Positions 34,813-44,510 of a stretch of DNA of 54,023 bases are shown here, piece after piece. The notes under the pieces are model-generated. The model saw nothing but the letters and a program-made list of their open reading frames with translations. It did not search any database and was not told the origin of the DNA. Position numbers and translations under genes: made by a program. The stretch is from IMG/VR virus record IMGVR_UViG_3300037478_000666, positions 1 through 54,023 of that record, one strand, 5' to 3'. Each line of letters begins with the position of its first letter. The first letter of the stretch is position 1. This DNA comes from a virus (lineage: Duplodnaviria; Caudoviricetes).

Positions 34813-35954
34813 TGATGAAGGCCATCATCACGAGTGACTGGCACCTTTCGAAGGACCAGTTCGCTGCAACCGAGGGCGGCAGGAACCGCCGCCAGATGGA
34901 CATCGAGGCGGCGGCCGCGCGGGCGGTGGATGTCATCGTCGACGTACAGCCGGATCTCGTGCTGATCGGCGGTGACACGTTCGACAGTGTGCGGCCGTCG
35001 ATGCACGCCATCCGATGCTGGCAGCAGTGCGTGCGTCGGATCATCCGGGAGACGCCGGCGGAAGTCGTAGTGGTGCTCGGAAATCACGAAGCTGGGCGCT
35101 CAACGCAGACGCTGTCGCCCGTCGTCGTCGTCCAGGGTGAGCCGCGCGTGCACCTCGCGACCGAGCCGAAGCGGATCCGCATCCGGTTGCGGGACGGCAC
35201 GCTCGCATCGATCGCGTGCTTCCCGTTCCTCGCCCTGGCCCGGGAAGAGACGTACGCGCTCGAGCCGGATCCCGAGGCCGAATACAACGTGCTGCTCATG
35301 CACGCGGCCGTGAAGTCGAGCGCCGAGCCTGGTTCCCTGCCCTACTTCTACCAGGGCCCGACGTCGATCGACGTCAGCCGCGAGGCGGATCGCTTCGACG
35401 TCATCGCGCTGGGCGACTACCACACCTACACCGAGCTCGTGCCGGGCCGGTGCGTCGTCTATCCCGGCTCGATCGAGCGGACGTCGTCTGACATCTGGCA
35501 CGAGCCGGAGCCGAAGGGGCTCGTCGTCTATGAAGACGGCGCGCACCGATTCGTCGAAATCGAAACGCGTCCGGTCCTGGACGTCGAGCCGCGCGACTGT
35601 ACGCCGGACTATCTGGACCCGATGCAGTTGTACGGCTTCGCGGAGGTCAACGCGGCCGTGCAGGGTCTGCTCGACGCGAGCACGACCAAGGACGCGATCG
35701 TGCGGCTCGTCGCGGAGAACTTCCCGCGCCAGGACCGCGACCGGATCGACTGGTCGCTCGTTCGCGAGCTGAAGCACCGGGCGTTGCACTTCGAGCTGGT
35801 GCTCCGCTACGGCGCCGTCACCGACATCGACATCGTCGACCGCCGGCTGCATGCCACGCCGCTGATCGACCAGGCGCGGCAGTTCCTCGCCGGCTATCCG
35901 GCCGATGTCCAGGCATGCTGCATCTCGTACCTCGAAGCGCGGGAGGCAGCGTGA
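34809..35954 (+). CDS. sbcD: SbcD/Mre11-family metallophosphoesterase nuclease
   Basis: SDWH, GGDTFD, GNHE, MHAAV, LGDYH, YPGSIER motifs. Confidence 0.92.
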   Translation: MMMKAIITSDWHLSKDQFAATEGGRNRRQMDIEAAAARAVDVIVDVQPDLVLIGGDTFDSVRPSMHAIRCWQQCVRRIIRETPAEVVVVLGNHEAGRSTQTLSPVVVVQGEPRVHLATEPKRIRIRLRDGTLASIACFPFLALAREETYALEPDPEAEYNVLLMHAAVKSSAEPGSLPYFYQGPTSIDVSREADRFDVIALGDYHTYTELVPGRCVVYPGSIERTSSDIWHEPEPKGLVVYEDGAHRFVEIETRPVLDVEPRDCTPDYLDPMQLYGFAEVNAAVQGLLDASTTKDAIVRLVAENFPRQDRDRIDWSLVRELKHRALHFELVLRYGAVTDIDIVDRRLHATPLIDQARQFLAGYPADVQACCISYLEAREAA

Positions 35955-38383
35955 TTATCCACTCGCTCGAACTGGCCAATTTCCGCGTCTTCGAAGAAGC
36001 GCAAGTCACTTTCCCGGCCACCGGCATTACCGGCATAATCGGCCAAAACGGCCACGGCAAGTCATCGCTCATCGAATGCCCGATGTGGTGCCTGTTCGGT
36101 ACTGTGGCGATTCGCGGATCGAAGGGCAGCCTGCGCTGGAACCGCGCGGCCGGACGCCGGCAAGCGGAGGCGACTGTCGTCTTCGAGGTCGGCGGCAAGA
36201 CGTATCGGGTCGTTCGGACCGAACGAGACGCCACGCTGTTCGACTGTGCAACGGACATCCCAATCGCGGCCGGCACGTCGGTGGTAGACGTGGAGATCCC
36301 GCGGATTCTCGGAATGAACTACGCCGAGTTCTCCGCGACGCATTACGCATCTCAGAGAGATCTCGCCCGGCTCGCATCGCTAGGTCCCACCGCACGCCAG
36401 CAGTTCATGCGCGAGGTCCTCGGCGTATCCCGCATCGACGAAGCGCTGAAGGCGTGCCGCGAGCGGAAGAACGCGATCGCGACTGAGGTCGAAGGGGTGC
36501 GGGCCGGTCTCGGTGATCGCGCTCCGCTCGAGGCCGGGCACACGCAGGCGATCGAGGCGGTCGACCGGGTAGAGATCGAAGAGATGCCGGCGGTCGCGAG
36601 AGCAGCAAAGGAAGCCGAGGCGGCGCACCATTCGGCTGCAGAGTCGCTGCGGCTGTCGGATGTGCGGCGCCAGCGGCACGCCGAGTTGACCGGCCGCCTC
36701 GAGGAATCGCGCCGGCTCGTCGACGAAGCCGCCGGCTCGATCGAGAAGCTCGAGCAGGGGATGCAGCAAGCGCGTGAGGCCCGGGCCCTGGTCGGTGCGG
36801 CGGAGGGCCGGCTCAGTCAGCTGCCCAGATGGCGAGCTGAGCGTGAGGACCTCCGCGTCGCCGAGGCCCGCGCTGCGTCGCGTGCATCGCTGGCAAAGCG
36901 GCTCGATGAGATCGCGGGGCAGTGTGCGAAGCTGGACAGCCAGATCGCAGCGGCGGACCGGACCATTGCCGCGCACGATGCGGATGCGTGGGACCGGCTG
37001 AAGACCTCCTTCCGCGACGCGACCGCGAAGCTCGAGCAGACACGCACCGCCCGGATCCAGCAACACGCTGCGCACGAGGCAGCGCACAAGGCCGCCCGTC
37101 ACCGCCTCGCGACCATCCAGCAGCAGCGAGCCGCGATCCAAGCCGCGGGCCAGGCGGGCGAGTGCCCGACCTGCACGCGCGCGCTCGGCGAGCACTACGC
37201 GGCGTTCCTCGCAGCTCTCGACCAACAGCAGGAAGCCGTGGCAGCCGAGATGACGTCGACGCATCGCGCGATGGCGGACCTCCAGGAGCCGAGCGACGAA
37301 GAGTCGATGCTCGAAGCGGCCGTCGAGGACCTGAGGGCGCAGGGCGAAGACGCACAGCGTCGGAAGCTTGCGGCTGTCGACGCCGCCCGGTACCGCGCGG
37401 AATGGGCCGAGGAGCGCCATACGCTCGAGCGGTCGGCGGCCCAGGCGGAATCCGAACTCGAGGCGATCCCCGCGGCCGCACCGGACGGCCAGCTGGCCAC
37501 CGTGGTCGCGGAGATCTCCGCGCTCGAGGAGCTGGACCGGTCGCTCGCCGGCGCCCGCAACCTGGCCGGCCGCGTCGCTGTGTTGGGCGAGCAGATCGAA
37601 GGTTGGCAGGGCCGGCTGAGTGCCGCGCGGGAGAAGCAATCCGACGCACGCTCCGATATCGACCGGCTGCAATTCGACCCGGTGCAGCACGCGGAGCGGT
37701 CGCAGGCCGCCGACGCCGCACGGTCCGCGTGGGAGACGGCCCGCGAGGACCTGATCCGCACCGAGCAGGCGCTCCGCGCAGCGCGTGGCCAGCTCGAGAC
37801 GGCCACCGAAGCGCTCGAGCGCTACGACGTGCGCGCGGGTCGGCTCACTGACCTGCAGGCACAGCTCGCGACGCATACAGCGTCCGCCGACGGACTGAAC
37901 GCGCTCCGGGTGTGGGCTGCCGGACAGATCCGTCCGGAGCTCGAGGAGCTGACGTCCGGGTTCGTCGCGCTGCTCACCGACGGCCGACACGAAGCGGTCA
38001 CGATCGGCGAGGACTTCTCCGTGACGCTGCATGAATCCGGCGTGCCGGTGGAAATTGTCTCTGGTGGGACTGAAGATGTGGCGGCCATCGCACTTCGGCT
38101 GGCGGTAAGTCAGATGATCGCCGAGCGAGCGGGCCACCCGCTGTCGCTGCTGATTCTCGACGAGGTCTTCGGCTCGCTCGATCAGACGCGACGTGGAAAC
38201 GTGCTGTCGTTGATCCGGCGGCTTCGTGGCGTGTTCGAGCAGGTAATTCTTATCAGTCACATAGACGAAACGCGCGAGGCTGTCGACCACGCAATCGAAG
38301 TGACGTACTCGGAATCCGAGGGCAAGAGCACGGTGCACCAGACGCGGCAGCCCGTGTCGGAATCGATCGAGGTCGCAGCGTGA
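35951..38383 (+). CDS. sbcC: SbcC/Rad50 SMC-like ATPase
   Basis: Walker A GQNGHGKSS, coiled coils with CPTC Zn hook, SGG signature, LLILDEVFGSLD, ISH. Confidence 0.95.
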   Translation: MIIHSLELANFRVFEEAQVTFPATGITGIIGQNGHGKSSLIECPMWCLFGTVAIRGSKGSLRWNRAAGRRQAEATVVFEVGGKTYRVVRTERDATLFDCATDIPIAAGTSVVDVEIPRILGMNYAEFSATHYASQRDLARLASLGPTARQQFMREVLGVSRIDEALKACRERKNAIATEVEGVRAGLGDRAPLEAGHTQAIEAVDRVEIEEMPAVARAAKEAEAAHHSAAESLRLSDVRRQRHAELTGRLEESRRLVDEAAGSIEKLEQGMQQAREARALVGAAEGRLSQLPRWRAEREDLRVAEARAASRASLAKRLDEIAGQCAKLDSQIAAADRTIAAHDADAWDRLKTSFRDATAKLEQTRTARIQQHAAHEAAHKAARHRLATIQQQRAAIQAAGQAGECPTCTRALGEHYAAFLAALDQQQEAVAAEMTSTHRAMADLQEPSDEESMLEAAVEDLRAQGEDAQRRKLAAVDAARYRAEWAEERHTLERSAAQAESELEAIPAAAPDGQLATVVAEISALEELDRSLAGARNLAGRVAVLGEQIEGWQGRLSAAREKQSDARSDIDRLQFDPVQHAERSQAADAARSAWETAREDLIRTEQALRAARGQLETATEALERYDVRAGRLTDLQAQLATHTASADGLNALRVWAAGQIRPELEELTSGFVALLTDGRHEAVTIGEDFSVTLHESGVPVEIVSGGTEDVAAIALRLAVSQMIAERAGHPLSLLILDEVFGSLDQTRRGNVLSLIRRLRGVFEQVILISHIDETREAVDHAIEVTYSESEGKSTVHQTRQPVSESIEVAA

Positions 38384-38667
38384 ACGCCCACGCCCTCGCC
38401 GTCGAGCGCCAGACCTGTGATAGCTGCGGCGCCGCGCCGGGCGTTCCGTGTGTGACCGGCAACGGGTCCGCGCGGACCATCCCGCACGAGCCGCGACTCG
38501 CGGTCGCAATGATCCCGCGCGACGTGCGCAGCGTCGATTGCCCGCACTGTCTCGTTGTGGCCGGCAGGCGCTGCATCTCGGTGGGGCGACGGTTCTGTGA
38601 GCACCACGCGATTCGGAAGCGGAAGGCGATGTTCGGGCAGCAGATCGACATGCGGGGTGAGTCGTGA
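38380..38667 (+). CDS. Zinc-finger protein
   Basis: CDSCGAAPGVPC..H and CPHC..C..H. Confidence 0.7.
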   Translation: MNAHALAVERQTCDSCGAAPGVPCVTGNGSARTIPHEPRLAVAMIPRDVRSVDCPHCLVVAGRRCISVGRRFCEHHAIRKRKAMFGQQIDMRGES

Positions 38668-39851
38668 ACGATGCCCGCATCCTGCAAGGCGACTGCCGCT
38701 GGTACATGCAGCGGTTCGGCTGTCAGGTGGATGCCGTGATTACCGATCCGCCGTACGGCTTAGAGTTTATGGGCGTGGCGTGGGATTCGATGCGTGCCAG
38801 CGGGCGGTCACGGACACGCAATGAGTGGGGCGACTTCGGCAGTCGCGAGCACGCTCGTGGCCCTCACGACACCGCCCGGATCCAACGCAACAAGTCGGTT
38901 GCGCTGTACGACTTTAGCCTTCAATGGGCGCGCCTATGCCTGCAAGTACTCAAGCCGGGCGGCCGGTTGCTGGCGTTTGGAGCGCCGCGCACACATCACC
39001 GGATATGGTGCGCCATCGAGGACGCGGGCTTCGTGATTGAGGACACCGTGTCATGGCTATTCGGATCTGGATTCCCGAAGCACAAGAGCAAGCTGAAGCC
39101 GTTCGCGGAGTTCATCTGCGTTGCGCGCAAGGGTCCGGTTACGGCGCTGAACATCGACGCGACGCGGGTAGGGACCGAACGAACGGTCACCTTTCGGCGT
39201 GGGCACAGCGGCGACAATGGCATATTCGGAAACGATGGCCGGAAGTCTGAACGCAGCAACCCGCCCGGTCGCTGGCCTCCGAACGTGGCGATGGACCTGA
39301 GCGCGGCCGAAATGCTGGACGCTCAGACGGGGACACTGGCGAGCGACAATCATCCGGCGAAGCGTCGCGGCATCGGGTTCACCGAGTCGGCGGGCGGGCA
39401 GAACGCCGGAACGAACGGGGAGCGTCGATCGACTGACAGCGGCGGGGCGTCCCGCTTCCTGTACGTCGCGAAGGCCAGTCGGGCAGAGCGGGAGCTGGGG
39501 TTGGATGGAGAGCCGAGGCGCGTGCGCCGCATTACCGAGGGTCACGGGCTCGGGCCGGTTAACACGAGCAAGGGCGACGGTTCGGGACTCCGCGAGAATC
39601 GTCCTACGACCAACCCGCATCCGACCGTGAAGCCCCTCGCCCTCATGCGGTGGCTCGTGAAGCTGGTCACGCAGCCGGGCGACCTCGTGCTGGACCCGTT
39701 CGCGGGCAGCGGCACCACGGGCATGGCGTGCGTTCTGGAGGGCCGCGAGTTCATCGGGATCGAACGCGAAACGGAATACGCAGCCATCGCGGAACGACGC
39801 ATCGCGAATGCTCTGGGGCCGCTGTTCGCTGACACGAACGGTGCAGCGTGA
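38664..39851 (+). CDS. DNA methyltransferase (N6-A/N4-C, beta class)
   Basis: TDPPYG, GSGFPK, HPTVKP, LDPFAGSGTT. Confidence 0.93.
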   Translation: MNDARILQGDCRWYMQRFGCQVDAVITDPPYGLEFMGVAWDSMRASGRSRTRNEWGDFGSREHARGPHDTARIQRNKSVALYDFSLQWARLCLQVLKPGGRLLAFGAPRTHHRIWCAIEDAGFVIEDTVSWLFGSGFPKHKSKLKPFAEFICVARKGPVTALNIDATRVGTERTVTFRRGHSGDNGIFGNDGRKSERSNPPGRWPPNVAMDLSAAEMLDAQTGTLASDNHPAKRRGIGFTESAGGQNAGTNGERRSTDSGGASRFLYVAKASRAERELGLDGEPRRVRRITEGHGLGPVNTSKGDGSGLRENRPTTNPHPTVKPLALMRWLVKLVTQPGDLVLDPFAGSGTTGMACVLEGREFIGIERETEYAAIAERRIANALGPLFADTNGAA

Positions 39852-40414
39852 GCATCGGCCGCCCGGTCCCGCTCGCTCGCGCGCTCGAAATAGCGCAGCA
39901 GATCTCGGAGCTGCTCGCGCCCGTCGTCGCGCGGTCGAAGGTCGCGGGGTCCGTGCGCCGGCAACGACCCGTGATCCGGGACATCGAGATCGTAATCGAG
40001 CCGCGCGTCAACGTCGACCTCCTCGGCCATGGGCATCCGGACCTGGCGGCAGTGCACCGCGCTCTACGTGAGCTCGGAGACTGGTCGAAGGGCGGCGAAC
40101 GCTACGTGAAGATCGCCAACGTGCTCGGCAACGAGGGCATGGATCTCGACGCGTTCATAGTGCACCCACCAGCGATCTGGAGCGTGATCCTGGCCATCCG
40201 GACCGGGCCGGCCGAGCTCGGGCAGTGGGCCGTGACGCGCATGCGGAAGTACGGGCGACGCTGCGAGGACGGGCGGATCCTGGACATGCGATCCGGTGAG
40301 GAGCTGCCCTGCGAGACCGAGGAAGCGTTCTTCGAGTACGCCAAGCTGAGCTGCCTGCCGCCGCGGTTTCGTGACAGCGCCGGCGCCCGGGCGCCACAGG
40401 GCCACGTCGCGTGA
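39848..40414 (+). CDS. Minimal DNA polymerase X family nucleotidyltransferase
   Basis: VAGSVRR..IRDIEIV, DLDAF, AIRTGPAE, TEEAFF..LPPRFR. Confidence 0.85.
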   Translation: MSIGRPVPLARALEIAQQISELLAPVVARSKVAGSVRRQRPVIRDIEIVIEPRVNVDLLGHGHPDLAAVHRALRELGDWSKGGERYVKIANVLGNEGMDLDAFIVHPPAIWSVILAIRTGPAELGQWAVTRMRKYGRRCEDGRILDMRSGEELPCETEEAFFEYAKLSCLPPRFRDSAGARAPQGHVA

Positions 40415-40686
40415 GCATGCCGCGCCTGACGATCGGGAAGACGATCGTGCGGATCCGCACCGGCGTGAACCCAGGGTTCAAGGCTGCGTTGAAGCAGACA
40501 GTTCGGTATCCGGATTCGAGATGGGACGATCAGTACATGTGCTGGAAGGCGGCGATTCACCGGGTCGAGGACGTGAAGCGCGTGCTGTTCCAGTTCTACG
40601 ACGCGATCGAGATCCAGGAGAAGGGCCAGCCAGACCGAGTGATCGATGCGACGGGCCGCGAGGTGCGGCAGGAAACCCTGTTCTAA
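40411..40686 (+). CDS. Hypothetical protein
   Basis: GTGA-coupled; 91 aa. Confidence 0.6.
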   Translation: MSMPRLTIGKTIVRIRTGVNPGFKAALKQTVRYPDSRWDDQYMCWKAAIHRVEDVKRVLFQFYDAIEIQEKGQPDRVIDATGREVRQETLF

Positions 40687-40701
40687 CGGAGGGAACGACA
40701 G

Positions 40702-41229
40702 ATGAGCGACAGCATGAAGTTCGACCAGATCGAGGACACCGGGAAGACCATCATTCTGGTGCGAAGCGCGAGCGACGGCACGGATGAGGACGAGCACAAG
40801 CGGCGTTCGAAGGACCGGCCGCATCCGGACTTCGCGAATGCGCTGCAGGCGTTCGGTGCGCAGCTGCGCAAGATACTCCGGCTGCCGAAGGACTGGGACC
40901 TCGACGTTCGGAAGGTCGCGATCACGAACGACTCCGAGACCGACGAACCGACGGCTGTCGTGATCTCCGGCGTGCACACGATCGCCGACTTCAACCGTCC
41001 GTACAACGTGAACACGCCGCTGCTCGAGATCGACTCGTTCCCGAAGCTGCGCGACTGCGTCGACACGCTGAACGCCGAGGCGGAGCAGTTCTACCTGCGC
41101 AAGAAGCGCGTGCAGCTCGAACTCGGAGACAGCGACGAGAAGCCGGAAGGTGCGCTCACCGACGAGCAGCGCGAGCGGGCCGGCACCGACTGGCAGGACG
41201 AGAACGCCGAGGAGATGCAGCCGGCGTAG
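40702..41229 (+). CDS. Acidic hypothetical protein
   Basis: GGAGGG RBS; 175 aa; typical codon use. Confidence 0.75.
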   Translation: MSDSMKFDQIEDTGKTIILVRSASDGTDEDEHKRRSKDRPHPDFANALQAFGAQLRKILRLPKDWDLDVRKVAITNDSETDEPTAVVISGVHTIADFNRPYNVNTPLLEIDSFPKLRDCVDTLNAEAEQFYLRKKRVQLELGDSDEKPEGALTDEQRERAGTDWQDENAEEMQPA

Positions 41230-41390
41230 ATCGCGCAGCAGGCCGGGTGCCCGCGACTGCCTTTCACGGGGGTGAGGCAGGGGCTTAATGCGCGAGCGGT
41301 GGGCTCGCCGCCCTGGCCGACGCGCGCGAAACTGATGTGCACTGGTGTGCAGCAGTGGTCAATGGCGGTCACAACGTCGACGGAGGAGTG

Positions 41391-41705
41391 ATGGAAGACG
41401 GTACGCGGTTCAGCGGTTGGGCGAAGGTCAGCCTGTTCGGCCACACGCATGCCTACGGCTTCGTCGATGTCGTGCAGATCGGTGGCGCCGGCGAGGGCGG
41501 GTTCGGGACGAACATGCTGCGGGTGCGGTCCCCGGCGATCGAGGGCTGGCCCGCGCACGTCAACTACTTCGGCATGGGCGCAATCTTCCAGATCCAGCCG
41601 TGCAGCGAGGAGGTGGTGCGGGCGGAGTACAGGGACGAAGCCGCATGGAACCCCGCCGTTCGGCCACTGACCGAGACGACAGAAGACGACATGCTTCCGT
41701 TCTGA
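41391..41705 (+). CDS. Hypothetical protein with SSB-like acidic C-terminal tip
   Basis: GGAGGAG RBS; WAKVSLFGH; ends TEDDMLPF. Confidence 0.75.
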   Translation: MEDGTRFSGWAKVSLFGHTHAYGFVDVVQIGGAGEGGFGTNMLRVRSPAIEGWPAHVNYFGMGAIFQIQPCSEEVVRAEYRDEAAWNPAVRPLTETTEDDMLPF

Positions 41706-41714
41706 GGAGGAGTG

Positions 41715-41978
41715 ATGGCGAAGGCGAAAACGAAGGCGATGATGGAGCACCGGGTAACGCTGGTGGTGCGTTTCCCGCTCGACGGCGGCGCTGTGCCGTC
41801 GCTGGCCTCGACGCTCGAACGGATCGAGCAGCTGAACGAGACCGATCCGTCGCAGCAGGACCTGACCGATGCGGAGTACGACGCGCTCGCAGACGCCGAG
41901 ATCATTGTCAGGAAGTCGGAGGCGGTCACGGTGCGCGTGCCGATCGCGGAGCCGGCGGAGCTGACGGACGATGGCTGA
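41715..41978 (+). CDS. Hypothetical protein
   Basis: GAGGAGGAG RBS. Confidence 0.65.
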   Translation: MAKAKTKAMMEHRVTLVVRFPLDGGAVPSLASTLERIEQLNETDPSQQDLTDAEYDALADAEIIVRKSEAVTVRVPIAEPAELTDDG

Positions 41979-42330
41979 TGCGGTCGCGGTGAGGATAGTC
42001 ACCGTGCGGTCGGACCGCGAGGTCGACGCGCTGGTGGTCGAGCATATCATGGGGTGGAAGGTGAAGCATGCGTTGCCCGCGTTCTCGACCGACCCGAAGG
42101 CGTGCGCCAAACTGAAGGCCCATGTCAGGAAGTCGCATCGCGAGTGGATAATCGAGACGACCGAGGCTGCGGCGGGTGTGACGGTGGCCGTTTGGGCAAC
42201 CGCAGACGATCTCATTCGCGGCCTGGGCGCCACAGCGGCAACGCAGTCGGATACCATCGAACGGGCGACGTGCACGGTGTTGCTCCGTTGCTACGGGATC
42301 GACGTCGAGCACGCGGAGGCTACGCCATGA
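41971..42330 (+). CDS. Phage ABA-sandwich-like domain protein
   Basis: DREVDALVVEHIMGW..PAFSTDPKACAKL pattern. Confidence 0.55.
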   Translation: MADAVAVRIVTVRSDREVDALVVEHIMGWKVKHALPAFSTDPKACAKLKAHVRKSHREWIIETTEAAAGVTVAVWATADDLIRGLGATAATQSDTIERATCTVLLRCYGIDVEHAEATP

Positions 42331-42354
42331 CCTTCCAACGAGTCGAGGACGGCG

Positions 42355-42681
42355 ATGGCTGAGATGGACAGCGCGAAGGGCGCGCAGACGCAGGAGATGC
42401 TGCTGAGTCTCGCCGGCATTGCGCACCAGCTCGGGTCGAGGCTGGACCTCGACGCGTTCATTGCGGCCGCGAGTCACGCGCACGCGGTCGGGCCGATCCT
42501 GGACCCGACTGCGTACCGGGCCGGACACGAGCGCATGGATGCGATCGCGGGTCTGGCGCGCGCGACGCAGCGCTATCTGAGTGCGGTCGCGGAATGCCAG
42601 GCCGTCATCGAGCGGACTGAGGGACAGGCGCAGCGGTACCGCGAGCACGTCGAGCACGTGCGGGAGGCGCTGGGCGGATGA
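42355..42681 (+). CDS. Hypothetical protein
   Basis: GAGGA RBS; HAVGPILDPTAYR. Confidence 0.65.
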   Translation: MAEMDSAKGAQTQEMLLSLAGIAHQLGSRLDLDAFIAAASHAHAVGPILDPTAYRAGHERMDAIAGLARATQRYLSAVAECQAVIERTEGQAQRYREHVEHVREALGG

Positions 42682-42824
42682 GGCAACCCGACGTCATCGT
42701 GACTGAGGCTGAGAACGAGCCGCCGGCGGACGCGGACGCGCTCGCCCGGGCGTTCGTTCGCGAGCTGCTCCGGCTCGTACAGTCCGGCGATGTGGCGTTG
42801 CCCGAGCGGCGGTCGGTAGGATAG
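42678..42824 (+). CDS. 48-aa protein immediately before the integrase
   Basis: MRQPDVIVTEAENEPPADADALARAFVRELLRLVQSGDVALPERRSVG; ATGA-coupled. Confidence 0.55.
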   Translation: MRQPDVIVTEAENEPPADADALARAFVRELLRLVQSGDVALPERRSVG

Positions 42825-42827
42825 CGC

Positions 42828-44510
42828 ATGCCTACTCAACCTGCAGTTTCGATCGAGTGCGTCGGGTACGTCCGGGTCTCCACTGAGAGACAGGCCGGCG
42901 AGATGCACACCTCGCTGGCGGACCAGGCCGCCGCGATCGAGGAACTCGCTACACGCATCGGCGTGCGCGTCGAGCGCTGGTACCGCGATGCGGGCGCGTC
43001 CGGCGCGACCGTCGCGGCCCGGCCCGCGTTCCGGCAGCTGCTCACCGACTGCATGGCGGCACCACGGCCACGCTCGAGCCCGGGCTACGTGCTCATCCTG
43101 AACGACTCGCGATTCGGCCGCTTCCCGGATCCGGACGAGGCGGCCGCGCTCCGTTTCCAGCTGAAGCAGGCCGGCTGGCGCGTGCGGTTCGCCGAGGGCG
43201 ATGACGTCCAGGACGAGCTCTTCCGGCCGGTCGTACGCGCGCTCGGCAGCGCTCAGGCCTCCGAGTACAGGCGCAACCTGCAGCGCAACACCCGGCGTGG
43301 CATGAAGGGCGCCGCGAACCAGGGATTCTGGACGCGTCGCGCGCCGATCGGCTACCGCCGGAAAGTCGTGTACCCGCCCGGAGCCGAGCGCGTGCTCGAC
43401 CGACACCAGCTGAAGGCGCCCGACGAGAAGGTGAAGCTCACGCCGCACGAGGAAGAGGCGACACTGATCCGGTGGCTGTTCGAGGCGTACGTGTCCGGAC
43501 AGCACTCGCTCGCGAGCCTCTCCGCGGCCGCGGAGGAACGCTTCCCCGGGAAGCGGTGGAGCCGGAACGTCGTACAGCACATTCTGCGCAACGAGGTCTA
43601 TACCGGCGATGTGCGCGGCGGGCGGCGCAGAGACGAACCGGATCCGGAGCTGTACGGGTGCGATAACGCACACCCCGCCATTGTCGATCGGATGCTCTTC
43701 GAACGGGTCCAGCGTCGGCTCGAGGAGAACCGCAACCAGGCCGGAATGCAGGGCACGGTCTACCTGATGACGGGCATCCTCACGTGTCCGCATTGCAGCG
43801 AGCCCTACACCGGAGGCGGGGGCGGGCAGAGCCGGACGAAGAACCCGGCCGAGACGCACCGCCGGTTCTACCGTGACCGCGGCGGCGTGTCGGGCGCGTG
43901 CGCCGGCCGGATCGGCACCGTTATGCGCCACCTGATCGACGATGCGGTTGTGCGTACGCTCGGCCGCACGCTTCGATCCGCGGCGATGCAGCGCTATGTC
44001 GAGCGCGCTCTCGACGGGGAGCTCGCTGCCGCGATTGACGACAGCGGCGGCCGGATCCATTCCGCCCGGAAACACATCCATGAGCTGACGCGTTCACGGG
44101 AGCGCCTGATCGCGGCGATCGCTGATGGCACCGTGCTCCCGGGTGAGGCACAGGCGCGGTTGAACGCGATCCGCGCCGAGCTCGAGTCCCTCGAGACGCA
44201 GCTGCAGGTTGTCCGGTTCGGGCAGCGGAAGGTAGGCGCCGCCTCCGCGGAGCGCGAGGAGATCCTGCGGCTCGCGCGCGATTTCCCGTCGTACGCGGAC
44301 CGGTTCAGCCCGCGAGTACTCCGTGAGATGATCCGGCTCTGGCTGGCCGGCGCCACCTTCGACAAGCGGAGCCGTATGCTCGAGATCCGAATTCGCCGGC
44401 TCCCTGCCCTGCCATCCTTGGCCCTGTCCGGTTCGGGGGGGCTGACTGAACGCGAGGAAGCCCGGCCGCTGATTCGACGCGTCGACCTCCGCCAGGGAGG
44501 CGCCGCGTGA
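42828..44510 (+). CDS. Large serine recombinase (integrase)
   Basis: GYVRVSTERQ catalytic Ser, DAGASG..RPAF, SRFGR, APIGY, ILRNEVYTG, HPAIVD, Zn ribbon CPHC, coiled coil. Confidence 0.95.
   Translation: MPTQPAVSIECVGYVRVSTERQAGEMHTSLADQAAAIEELATRIGVRVERWYRDAGASGATVAARPAFRQLLTDCMAAPRPRSSPGYVLILNDSRFGRFPDPDEAAALRFQLKQAGWRVRFAEGDDVQDELFRPVVRALGSAQASEYRRNLQRNTRRGMKGAANQGFWTRRAPIGYRRKVVYPPGAERVLDRHQLKAPDEKVKLTPHEEEATLIRWLFEAYVSGQHSLASLSAAAEERFPGKRWSRNVVQHILRNEVYTGDVRGGRRRDEPDPELYGCDNAHPAIVDRMLFERVQRRLEENRNQAGMQGTVYLMTGILTCPHCSEPYTGGGGGQSRTKNPAETHRRFYRDRGGVSGACAGRIGTVMRHLIDDAVVRTLGRTLRSAAMQRYVERALDGELAAAIDDSGGRIHSARKHIHELTRSRERLIAAIADGTVLPGEAQARLNAIRAELESLETQLQVVRFGQRKVGAASAEREEILRLARDFPSYADRFSPRVLREMIRLWLAGATFDKRSRMLEIRIRRLPALPSLALSGSGGLTEREEARPLIRRVDLRQGGAA

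Noticed and set aside
35955-35963. Near DnaA box TTATCCACT
   Set aside because: One mismatch and within the first codons of sbcC; explained by coding.
36380-38707. Long minus-strand ORFs (775 aa here; also 15846-17657, 42573-44081, 4721-6037)
   Set aside because: Shadow ORFs opposite well-supported genes in high-GC DNA; no motifs or RBS.
44431-44450. GGGGCTGA as a tmRNA or tRNA fragment marking attP
   Set aside because: The match is only 8 nt, with no further tRNA-like features.
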